Shown: positions 25,527 through 32,839 of the stretch, one piece after another | How the letters are laid out: every line of letters starts with the position of its first letter | Numbering within the stretch: position 1 is the first letter of the stretch | Origin: an uncultured archaeon A07HB70 | GTDB taxonomy: Archaea; Halobacteriota; Halobacteria; Halobacteriales; Haloferacaceae | Direction: 5' to 3' | DNA: 44,604 nucleotides | NCBI GenBank assembly: GCA_000496195.1 | Contig: KI543180.1 | Coordinates: 29,755-74,358 of the forward strand | Notes under the pieces: generated by a model | Seen by the model: the letters and a program-made list of their open reading frames with translations, nothing else | Databases searched by the model: none | Told to the model about the DNA's origin: nothing | Translations under genes and position numbers: made by a program

Positions 25527-26213
25527 ATGAGCGAAGAGAGTTGGTCCTCGTCCGCGGCGACGGCGGCACTCGAGCGCTTCCTCGGCGTGCCCTTCCGTCG
25601 GCAGACGTATCGTAACCTCGCGTACCTCCTCCTGGCGTTCCCGCTCGGAATAGCGTACGTCACCGTCGTCACGACCGGGCTCTCGACCGGCGTCGGGCTG
25701 GCCGTGACGCTGGTCGGCGTGCCGCTGGTCGTCGCGACGCTCGCCGTGAGTCTCGGCATCGGGACGTTCGAGGCACGGCTCGCCACCTGGCTGCTCGACG
25801 TCGAGATCGACCCGGCGACGCCGGACCTCCCCGACGACCTCTGGTCGGTCGACGGCCTCGCGACGGCGACCAGGCGGCTCCTGACGGCCCGGAGCACCTG
25901 GACGAGCCTGCTGGTCGTCGCGCTGAAGTTCGTCTTCGGCGTCGGCGCGTTCGTCGGCGTCGTCACGGCTGCGAGCGTCACCGGCTCGCTGCTGACGATG
26001 CCGCTGTACTACGACGCCCCCGGCGTGACGTACACCGTCGGACCGTACGTCGTCGACACCCTCGCCGAGGCGGTGGCGGGGGCCGGAGTCGGGCTCGTGA
26101 CGCTGGTGGTGGGACTCCACGTCCTGAACGGCGTCGCCCGGCTCGGCGGCCTCCTCACCGGCGCGCTGCTGGACGCCGACACCGCGCTCGTGGCCGGGGG
26201 TGCAGACGCCTGA
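25527..26213 (+). CDS. polytopic membrane protein, 'putative sensor'-like (paralogue 2)
   Basis: ATG 25527 is preceded by GGAGGAG. 228 aa. The motif blocks are shared with 23593..24363. It has its own strong AT-rich box at 25445-25456. Confidence 0.75.
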   Translation: MSEESWSSSAATAALERFLGVPFRRQTYRNLAYLLLAFPLGIAYVTVVTTGLSTGVGLAVTLVGVPLVVATLAVSLGIGTFEARLATWLLDVEIDPATPDLPDDLWSVDGLATATRRLLTARSTWTSLLVVALKFVFGVGAFVGVVTAASVTGSLLTMPLYYDAPGVTYTVGPYVVDTLAEAVAGAGVGLVTLVVGLHVLNGVARLGGLLTGALLDADTALVAGGADA

Positions 26214-26249
26214 CCACGGCGGGCCCGTGAGGCGACTGTCCGGACGCCC

Positions 26250-26265
26250 GCGGTGACGTCACCGC
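26250..26265. promoter_or_regulatory. 16-nt perfect palindrome GCGGTGACGTCACCGC
   Basis: Lies in the intergenic region between sensor paralogue 2 and the 98-aa/ArsA-like pair, about 95 nt upstream of ATG 26361. Confidence 0.3.
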
Positions 26266-26360
26266 CCCGAACAGCCGACCCCGCCGCGGCGAGCCGTCGG
26301 GGCCGCGCCCGTGCGGGGCTGGAGCGACACGCTTTTTCGCCGGCTGATGCACGGTAGATC

Positions 26361-26657
26361 ATGACACTTGCGGAGCGGATCGCCGCCTACCGGGACGTCC
26401 TCGAGGAGTGGCTCCGCGGGCTCTACCACGGGATGGTCAGCCACCCGGCCTACGAGCTGATCGAGAAGGAAGCAGAGGACACGGAGGACGTGTTCATGCT
26501 GGCCTGCTTCCCCGACGCGTTCGGCGTCCCCAGTCCGGTGTCGTACTACACCGCCGAGCTCCTGCCGTACCTCGAGGACGAGTTCGAGGCGTGGGAGCGG
26601 CGGATGTGGAACCGCGGCTCCGTGCTGGAGCGAAAGGGCCAGCAGTACCACTTCTAG
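26361..26657 (+). CDS. small acidic hypothetical protein (98 aa) directly abutting the ArsA-like ATPase gene
   Basis: High-GC3 ORF MTLAERIAAYRDVLEEWLRGLYHG...EDEFEAWERRMWNRGSVLERKGQQYHF. Its TAG stop (26655-57) is immediately followed by the ATG of the next gene. Confidence 0.7.
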   Translation: MTLAERIAAYRDVLEEWLRGLYHGMVSHPAYELIEKEAEDTEDVFMLACFPDAFGVPSPVSYYTAELLPYLEDEFEAWERRMWNRGSVLERKGQQYHF

Positions 26658-27653
26658 ATGGACCGGTTCGTCTTCTTCGGCGGGAAGGGCGGCGTCGGCA
26701 AGACCACGGTGTCGAGCGCCTACGCGGTCAAGAGCGCGCGCGCCGGCGTCGAGACGCTCGTGGTGTCGACCGACCCCGCCCACTCGACCTCGGACGTGTT
26801 CGGCCAGTCGTTCGGCGACGACCCCCGGGCCGTCGAGGCGTACGAGAACCTCCACGCGATGGAGATCGACCCGGACGAGGAGGTCGAGCGCCACCTGATG
26901 GAGATCAGGCGCGCGCTCGGCGGGCAGGTCAGCCCCGCGATGGTGAACGAGATCGACCGCCAGATCGAGATGGCCCACCAGACGCCGGGCGCGCAGGAGG
27001 CGGCGCTGTTCGACCGCTTCGTCTCGGTCATGCGCGAGGTGGCCGCGGAGGGCCCGCCCGGGGGGGACGGCCCGTTCGAGCGGGTCGTCTTCGACACCGC
27101 TCCGACGGGCGGCACCCTGCGTCTCCTGTCGCTCCCCGAGTACCTCGAGGGGTGGATCGACCGGCTCCTGCGCAAGCGAGAGAAGTCCGTCGACCTGTAC
27201 GAAAAGGCCGCGATCGGCAACAACGAGCCCCGACGGATGATGGACGGCGACCCGATCATCGCCCGGCTCCGCGAGCGCAAGGAGACCTTCGAGTTCGCGG
27301 GGCAGCGCCTGCGCGAGGACGCCGCCTTCTTTCTCGTGCTCAACCCCGACGAGCTCTCGCTGCGCGAGACGGGCCGGGCAGTCGAGCGGATGGCGGAGGC
27401 CGACCTGAGCGTCGCGGGGCTGGTCGCGAACCGGCTGACGCCGGCGCCGGACGACCACGAGGACGGACGCGGGGCGCGCTACCTCCGGGACCGCGTGGCG
27501 ACAGAGCGCGACCGGCTCGACCGCGCGCGGACGGAGCTAAGCCCGCCGCTGGTCGCGGAGATAGAGACACGGGTCGAGGAGGTGAGAGGGGACCTGCTCG
27601 CCGAGGTGGCCGACGAACTCCAGGTCGACGCCGCCGCTACCGGCCGTACGTGA
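26658..27653 (+). CDS. ArsA/Get3-family P-loop ATPase (cysteine-free variant)
   Basis: 331 aa. Deviant Walker A is GGKGGVGKTT, then STDPAHS. The switch II signature is DTAPTGGTLRLL (Gly where canonical ArsA/Get3 has His). There is no Cys in the whole protein. Confidence 0.9.
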   Translation: MDRFVFFGGKGGVGKTTVSSAYAVKSARAGVETLVVSTDPAHSTSDVFGQSFGDDPRAVEAYENLHAMEIDPDEEVERHLMEIRRALGGQVSPAMVNEIDRQIEMAHQTPGAQEAALFDRFVSVMREVAAEGPPGGDGPFERVVFDTAPTGGTLRLLSLPEYLEGWIDRLLRKREKSVDLYEKAAIGNNEPRRMMDGDPIIARLRERKETFEFAGQRLREDAAFFLVLNPDELSLRETGRAVERMAEADLSVAGLVANRLTPAPDDHEDGRGARYLRDRVATERDRLDRARTELSPPLVAEIETRVEEVRGDLLAEVADELQVDAAATGRT

Positions 27654-27849
27654 GCCGGGTCGCCAGCTCGTCGACGCGGCGCTTCACGCTGCCGAGCCAC
27701 GCCGCCGGCGACACCTTCCGGAGCTGCTCCTCGGACACCTCGATCCGCTCGTCGCCGAACGGGTCGCGTGACGCCTCCTCGTCGCCCGCAGCCGAGACGG
27801 CGGAGCTCATCGCACACCGGCCACAGGCCTCGGACTCCTTTCCACCCAT
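27637..27849 (-). CDS. small acidic protein with one CxxC (70 aa)
   Basis: ATG 27849 gives MGGKESEACGRCAMSS...EEQLRKVSPAAWLGSVKRRVDELATRLTYGR with high GC3. This is only the 3' part of the 276-aa ORF. It overlaps the ArsA-like 3' end by 17 nt (convergent). Confidence 0.55.
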   Translation of the reverse strand: MGGKESEACGRCAMSSAVSAAGDEEASRDPFGDERIEVSEEQLRKVSPAAWLGSVKRRVDELATRLTYGR

Positions 27850-28005
27850 GCCCGGACTCTCACGGTCGATCCACATCAATCCTTTGCGAGAGGGCGCTCG
27901 CAGCCGGAGTGGAGCTTTTGTCGCTCGCTCCCGACCACCCGTCGTGATGGACCGCGCGCGACGACGGGGCCGCGCCGACGCGGCCCGACGTGGAGGTGCG
28001 GGCGC

Positions 28006-28620
28006 GTGAGCGCCCGGGGCGACGACCCGACCGGGGCCGTCGAGGACGAGGAGCCGCCGGACCTGCCCGAGTACGGCGACGACTACCTCGACGCGGTGCG
28101 GGACCGAATCGCGCACAGCTACGACCTCGAGCGCGACAGCCGAACCCGCGGCGAGCGGTTCGAGATGTACGGGCGGCTCCACATGGACCGGCACAAGCAG
28201 TTCTTCCACCCGGCGCTCCGCTTCGGCCACCACTACTCCGAGGAGCACCTGTTCGTCCGGCGGGCCGACGACGTCGACGAGGCGGCCCTCGAGTCGCTGG
28301 TGACGCTCGGGCACGACCTCGCCGAGGCGTGGATCGACCCGGACGAGGAGCACTACATCACGGAGTTCACCTTCGTCGTCGTCGCGCCCGAGGTGCCGGC
28401 TGCGGCGTCGTCGTTCGTCTCCGGCTTCCGCGACCGGACACTCCTGCGGGGCGGCTACTACGGCCACTACGAGGTGAACCTCGTCGTCGTCGCGCCGGAG
28501 CGCGAGCGCGCGGTCGCCAGCAGCGAGGCGGACGTCGCGCAGGCGTTCCGGACGTGGGAGCAGATCGAACGGACGGGGCCGGGCGTCGTCGAGCGGCTGG
28601 TGCGGTGGATCTGGCGCTGA
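28006..28620 (+). CDS. hypothetical acidic protein (204 aa)
   Basis: GTG start and clean high-GC3 ORF. Contains HKQFFHPALRFGHHYSEEHLFVRR...YITEFTFVVVAP...GYYGHYEVNLVVVAPE. No motif I can assign. Confidence 0.7.
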   Translation: MSARGDDPTGAVEDEEPPDLPEYGDDYLDAVRDRIAHSYDLERDSRTRGERFEMYGRLHMDRHKQFFHPALRFGHHYSEEHLFVRRADDVDEAALESLVTLGHDLAEAWIDPDEEHYITEFTFVVVAPEVPAAASSFVSGFRDRTLLRGGYYGHYEVNLVVVAPERERAVASSEADVAQAFRTWEQIERTGPGVVERLVRWIWR

Positions 28621-28623
28621 GCC

Positions 28624-28644
28624 GGGGGAGTTTCAACTGCACCG
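28624..28644 (+). promoter_or_regulatory. GGGGGAGTTTCAACTGCACCG element upstream of the lipoprotein gene
   Basis: The AGTTTCAA core lies about 27 nt before GTG 28661. It shares GGGGGA...AACTGCACCG with 12702-12720. Confidence 0.3.
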
Positions 28645-28660
28645 GGCGAGAGCGTCTACC

Positions 28661-29296
28661 GTGCGCTCGCGCCTCGTACTCGCTGTGGGCCTCGCGCTCC
28701 TCGTCGTCCTCGCCGGCTGTGGCGGCGGCGAGGACGACGGACCGGTCGTCGCGGAGGCGTCGCCCGCCGACGTCGAGCCGACGGCGCTCGCCGCGACGGG
28801 CTACGAGCGGGTCGACCGGTCGAACCGGACGACGAACACGACGCTGACGGTGTCGATACAGGGCGACGTGACGATACAGTCGACGTTCGACGTGCGCGCA
28901 ACGACGCGCCGGGTCGTCTACGAGCGGGCGGTCGCGGGCGGGACAGCCGCCGTCGGCGTCCTCAGTGTCCCCGGCGTGCGGCCCGCGGAGGCGATCCGCG
29001 AGCCCCGGAACCCGTTCGGGGACCGCGGGCCGGCGACCCTCGCGACGAACGCGACCACGTACACGGTGCGCGACGCCCGCCAGACCGGGACCGCGACGGT
29101 CCGGCTGCTCGGCAACGAGACGACGCTCCGGCGCTACGCCGCGACGGGCGAGCGCGACGACGGGTCGTTGCCGGTGACCGTCGGCGTCGCGACGGTCCGA
29201 CACGACGGGGCGTTCGTCAGCGTCGTCGCCGTCGTCCCGCGGGAGGCCGACGAGGGCGACCGGGTGGCGCGGCTGGCCGAGGGCGTGCGACACTGA
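28661..29296 (+). CDS. secreted lipoprotein (211 aa), function unknown
   Basis: The signal peptide has a lipobox, MRSRLVLAVGLALLVVLAGC, followed by an acidic linker and a beta-rich body with several N-x-T sequons. Confidence 0.75.
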   Translation: MRSRLVLAVGLALLVVLAGCGGGEDDGPVVAEASPADVEPTALAATGYERVDRSNRTTNTTLTVSIQGDVTIQSTFDVRATTRRVVYERAVAGGTAAVGVLSVPGVRPAEAIREPRNPFGDRGPATLATNATTYTVRDARQTGTATVRLLGNETTLRRYAATGERDDGSLPVTVGVATVRHDGAFVSVVAVVPREADEGDRVARLAEGVRH

Positions 29297-29331
29297 GCGG
29301 GGAGGAGTGAGGCGAAGCGCCGCAGCCGGCC

Positions 29332-31152
29332 TCAGTCGTCGCCCGGTTCGCCGCCGTCGGTGGCGACCGTCCCGGCGCCCCGGACCTTCCGGACGTTCGA
29401 GACGCCCATGTACGCCAGGCCGAGCCCGAGACCGACCAGCACGAGTCCGAGGACTATCTGGAGCGCGGTCGACGCCTGCGCGACGAGGGTCGGACCGGCC
29501 TCACCCCAGTTACCCAGGACGAACTTCTGGTAGAGATTCTGGTAGAGCGCGAGGTAGAGCAGCGCCGACGTCGTGATGGCGAGCATGAACGCCATCGGCG
29601 CGCCGGTCGAGAGGAGCTGTTTGTTGTCGTCCCAGTTGGCGATCCAGACGGTGGCGACCAGGAGCGCCAGCGCGGCGAGCGTCTGGTTCGCGCCGCCGAA
29701 CAGCGGCCAGAGGTCGGCCCACCGGCCGGAGGCGACGAGCACGTACGCCGGGATCACCTGAATCGAGGCGTTGACGTAGCGGTTCGTCACCGTGGACTGG
29801 ACGCTCGTCTCGGGCGTGCCGACAATCTCCTCCAGCATGTACCGGCCCAGCCGGACCGCGGTGTCGGTGCTGGTGAGCAGGAAGCTCACGAGCACGAGAC
29901 CCATGAACGGCGCGGCGATCGACTCGGGGATCCCGAAGCCGAGGTTGAGGATGATCCCGCCGCCGGTCGCGAAGTTCGGGAGCGCGAGCCCGATCCCGCC
30001 GCTGGCGGGGGTCGCGCTGTACACCGCGACGGTGACGAGCGCGACGGTGGCGAGCAGCCCCTCGCCGAGCATCCCGCCGTAGCCGATGGTGCGGGCGTCG
30101 GTCTCCTTGTCGAGCTGCTTCGCGGTCGTGCCCGACGAGACGAGCGAGTGGAACCCGCTGATCGTCCCGCAGGCGATCGTGACGAACAGGAGCGGGAACA
30201 GCGGGAGCGAGTTGTTGACGATATCGCCGCCCATGAACCCTTTGAACGCGGGGAGGCTCACCTCGAGCTGGGCGGCGGCGCCGGTGAACGTGCCGACGAC
30301 GACGGCGAGGAGCGCCCCGCCGACGCCGGCGTACAGGAGACTGGAGGTGAGGAAATCACGCGGCTGGAGCAGCACCCAGACGGGGAGGACGCTCGCGATC
30401 AGGCCGTACACCAGCACGACCGGAATCCACGTCGCGATGTTGACGCTGCCCAGCACGGGCGGGAGCGGCGAGCCGGAGAGCAGGACGATGGTGCCGGCGG
30501 GGTAGTCGCCCGGAACCATCGCGAGCGGGAACTGGACCCCGACCCAGACGCCGGCGAACACCATCGCCACGAAGGCGACGACACCGGGCAGGAACGGCAG
30601 GTCGAGCTGGTACATGTAGACGCCGAACGTCAGCGCGAGGGCGATGTAGACCAGGCTCGCCGTCGCGGACTGCGGGTATGCGTTGAACACCAGCGCGATC
30701 ACCAGCCCGAACACGGCGATGACGAGGATGATGGTCAGGAACGCGAACCAGAGGATCATATCCTTGCCGCGCTCGCCGACGTACTCGCCGATGATGTAGC
30801 CGATCGACTTGCCGTCGTGGCGCACCGACGACGACAGCGCCATGAAGTCGTGGACCGACCCGAACAGCGGGTTGCCGATCGCGATCCACAGGAACGCGGG
30901 GACCCAGCCCCACACGACCCCGGCGGTGATGGGGCCGACGATCGGCGCGCCGCCCGCGATGCTGGAGTAGTGGTGTCCCAACAGCACCGGCTTCTTCGAC
31001 GGGACGTACTCCTGCCCGTCGTTGTACCTGTGAGCGGGCGTCTCCCGGTCGTCGTCGAGTTCGACGAACCTAGACAGGTACCGCGAGTAGCCCAGATACC
31101 CGACGCTGAACGTTACGAGGGTCGCTGCGACGAGGACGATTGCCTGAACCAT
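29332..31152 (-). CDS. cstA: carbon starvation protein A (CstA-family peptide/pyruvate transporter)
   Basis: 606-aa polytopic protein with HHYSSIAGGAPIVGPI...GWVPAFLWIAIGNPLFGSVHDF. The AT-rich box ATTGTTAATTTTA lies about 31-43 nt upstream. Confidence 0.92.
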   Translation of the reverse strand: MVQAIVLVAATLVTFSVGYLGYSRYLSRFVELDDDRETPAHRYNDGQEYVPSKKPVLLGHHYSSIAGGAPIVGPITAGVVWGWVPAFLWIAIGNPLFGSVHDFMALSSSVRHDGKSIGYIIGEYVGERGKDMILWFAFLTIILVIAVFGLVIALVFNAYPQSATASLVYIALALTFGVYMYQLDLPFLPGVVAFVAMVFAGVWVGVQFPLAMVPGDYPAGTIVLLSGSPLPPVLGSVNIATWIPVVLVYGLIASVLPVWVLLQPRDFLTSSLLYAGVGGALLAVVVGTFTGAAAQLEVSLPAFKGFMGGDIVNNSLPLFPLLFVTIACGTISGFHSLVSSGTTAKQLDKETDARTIGYGGMLGEGLLATVALVTVAVYSATPASGGIGLALPNFATGGGIILNLGFGIPESIAAPFMGLVLVSFLLTSTDTAVRLGRYMLEEIVGTPETSVQSTVTNRYVNASIQVIPAYVLVASGRWADLWPLFGGANQTLAALALLVATVWIANWDDNKQLLSTGAPMAFMLAITTSALLYLALYQNLYQKFVLGNWGEAGPTLVAQASTALQIVLGLVLVGLGLGLAYMGVSNVRKVRGAGTVATDGGEPGDD

Positions 31153-31182
31153 GGATCTACAACACTCGAACTGTCATCCACG

Positions 31183-31195
31183 ATTGTTAATTTTA
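31183..31195 (-). promoter_or_regulatory. AT-rich box (TAAAATTAACAAT on the minus strand) upstream of cstA
   Basis: Lies 31-43 nt upstream of ATG 31152. Confidence 0.45.
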
Positions 31196-31324
31196 CCACT
31201 CGTTGCCGCGGGGAGACGTCGTCGACGGGTCGACGTGGTGGTACGGCACGGAGACCGGTTGGCAGTCGTCGCCCCCTCGGGGTGGCGAGCGCTGTGCGTG
31301 TCGTTTTTTGCCCTGCTCCCCGAT

Positions 31325-32038
31325 ATGCAGCCGATGGAAGAGAGCGTCTCCGGGTTCATACTCAGGGGCAGCTGGCCGGAGATCGTCGAACACGGAGAGC
31401 GGATCAGCCGGGCCCTCCGCGAGGCCGACGTCGACCGGGAGAACGAGGCGTTCGCGGAGTGGAGCGAGTGGCGCCCGAAGGCCCACGAGCGCCTCGGCGA
31501 CGACGTGAGCGAGAAGACCGCAGAACAGGCGAGCGTCGCCGAGGGCGAGGGCGAGCAGGCGGGGGTCGACCCGGACGAGGACCTCCTGACGGCGGGCGAG
31601 AAGCTCTCTGAGAGCTACGAGCGCGCCGAGGAGGGCGACGGCGACGCCGCCGTCGAGTCGTGGGGCGAGTCGATCGACCACGTCGCCCGCGCCGCCGACT
31701 CGGCAGGCCGGAAGGCGCTCCGAGCGGTCGAGAACACCGTCTACCGGCGGGTGATGACACAGATCGCGCCGTACTACTTCGACAACGAGCTCATCAGCGC
31801 GAACGTCCAGCGAATCGGCTCGCGGGTCGACCCGACCTACGTCCTCGAGGTGAACGTCAACGACGACAGCCTGAAGGACGAGGTGCGGGAGCACCTGACC
31901 GCGTTCGACGAGGAGGTGGACCGCTGGCACATCGACACGGAGAAGCGCGTCGACGAGGCCGCCGCCGCGGAGGGCGCGGAGCCGCCGACGCGGGAGCGCG
32001 AGGGCGGCGAACACCGTGGACACTCGACCAGGAACTGA
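31325..32038 (+). CDS. hypothetical acidic protein (237 aa)
   Basis: ATG 31325 (MQPMEESVSGFILRGSWPEIVEHGERI...). The ORF-track start at 31151 would run through the cstA promoter. The 3' end lies inside a 31-nt tandem duplication. Confidence 0.7.
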   Translation: MQPMEESVSGFILRGSWPEIVEHGERISRALREADVDRENEAFAEWSEWRPKAHERLGDDVSEKTAEQASVAEGEGEQAGVDPDEDLLTAGEKLSESYERAEEGDGDAAVESWGESIDHVARAADSAGRKALRAVENTVYRRVMTQIAPYYFDNELISANVQRIGSRVDPTYVLEVNVNDDSLKDEVREHLTAFDEEVDRWHIDTEKRVDEAAAAEGAEPPTREREGGEHRGHSTRN

Positions 32039-32072
32039 GCGCAACGGTGGACACTCGACCAGGAACTGAGCG
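32007..32072 (+). repeat. tandem direct duplication (period 31 nt, 26-nt perfect core GTGGACACTCGACCAGGAACTGAGCG x2)
   Basis: The cores at 32016-32041 and 32047-32072 are identical. The first copy contains the stop codon of the 237-aa acidic protein gene. Confidence 0.9.
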
Positions 32073-32084
32073 TAGCGCGCGACC

Positions 32085-32111
32085 GAGCGCGGGCTTTTGA
32101 ACCCGCAGCTC
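32085..32111 (+). terminator. hairpin GAGCGCGGG-CTTTTGAA-CCCGCAGCTC
   Basis: Imperfect stem with a T4-containing loop, 47 nt after the stop at 32038. Confidence 0.35.
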
Positions 32112-32122
32112 GAGTGGCGCGC

Positions 32123-32362
32123 ATGGCGGAGCCGATGCGTGCCGAGGCCGGCGAGTACAGCGCCGACGAGATACTTACCGCGCTCCGCGAGGGGCGACGG
32201 GTCGTCGTCCGAACACAGATGCTCGGCGGCGACCACGAGGTCACGCTCCGTCACGACGGCTCGACGTTCTACTGCGACACACCGACGACGCTCCACCGGC
32301 ACACGGAGGAGACGGCGATGCGCGAGTGTATCGAGAAGATGGGCTACGGGCGGCAGGACTGA
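32123..32362 (+). CDS. small hypothetical protein (79 aa)
   Basis: MAEPMRAEAGEYSADEILTALREGRRVVVRTQMLGGDHEVTLRHDGSTFYCDTPTTLHRHTEE... with good GC3. An alternative GTG start is at 32114. Confidence 0.55.
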   Translation: MAEPMRAEAGEYSADEILTALREGRRVVVRTQMLGGDHEVTLRHDGSTFYCDTPTTLHRHTEETAMRECIEKMGYGRQD

Positions 32363-32438
32363 CAGCCGACGACCGGACGTTTATCGCCCACGAGGGCGTG
32401 ACGCCGGTGTGCCCAACTCCGACTCTGACTCGCCCGCG

Positions 32439-32801
32439 ATGGACGACCTCGTCGGGGACCCGGATCCGAGCTTCGAACACGTGCTGGCCTGCGTCTTCGG
32501 CATCCAGGACCACGAGAGCCGGACCTACCTCGTCCTCGCGGACCAGCCGGGGAGTACAGTCGCCGAACTCGCGGAGGCGCTGGAGCGCGACCGCTCGAAC
32601 GTCAACCGGTCGCTGTCGACGCTGATGGACAAGGGCCTCGTCGAGCGCCGCCGACGCCTGCTCGACCCCGGCGGCTACGTCTACCAGTACACCGCGACGC
32701 CGGTGCCGGAGGCAAAGGAGATGCTCCACGGGGCGCTCGACGAGTGGGTCGAGCGCGTCCACGGGGTCATCGACGAGTTCGGCGCGCAGGGCGGCGACTA
32801 G
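32439..32801 (+). CDS. winged-helix transcription regulator (MarR/TrmB-like)
   Basis: ATG 32439 gives MDDLVGDPDPSFEHVLACVFGIQDHESRTYLVLADQPGSTVAELAEALERDRSNVNRSLSTLMDKGLVERRRR. An alternative GTG start is at 32409. The first 114 codons of the ORF-track call are shadow overlapping the previous gene. Confidence 0.75.
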   Translation: MDDLVGDPDPSFEHVLACVFGIQDHESRTYLVLADQPGSTVAELAEALERDRSNVNRSLSTLMDKGLVERRRRLLDPGGYVYQYTATPVPEAKEMLHGALDEWVERVHGVIDEFGAQGGD

Positions 32802-32839
32802 TCGCGGCTCTTTTACTCCGTCGCGGCGAGGAATTCGAC

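Noticed and set aside
32097-32438. 114-codon N-terminal extension of the wHTH ORF (32097..32801)
   Set aside because: The extension is Arg/Ser-rich and overlaps the better-looking 79-aa ORF in another frame. The HTH domain starts after ATG 32439.
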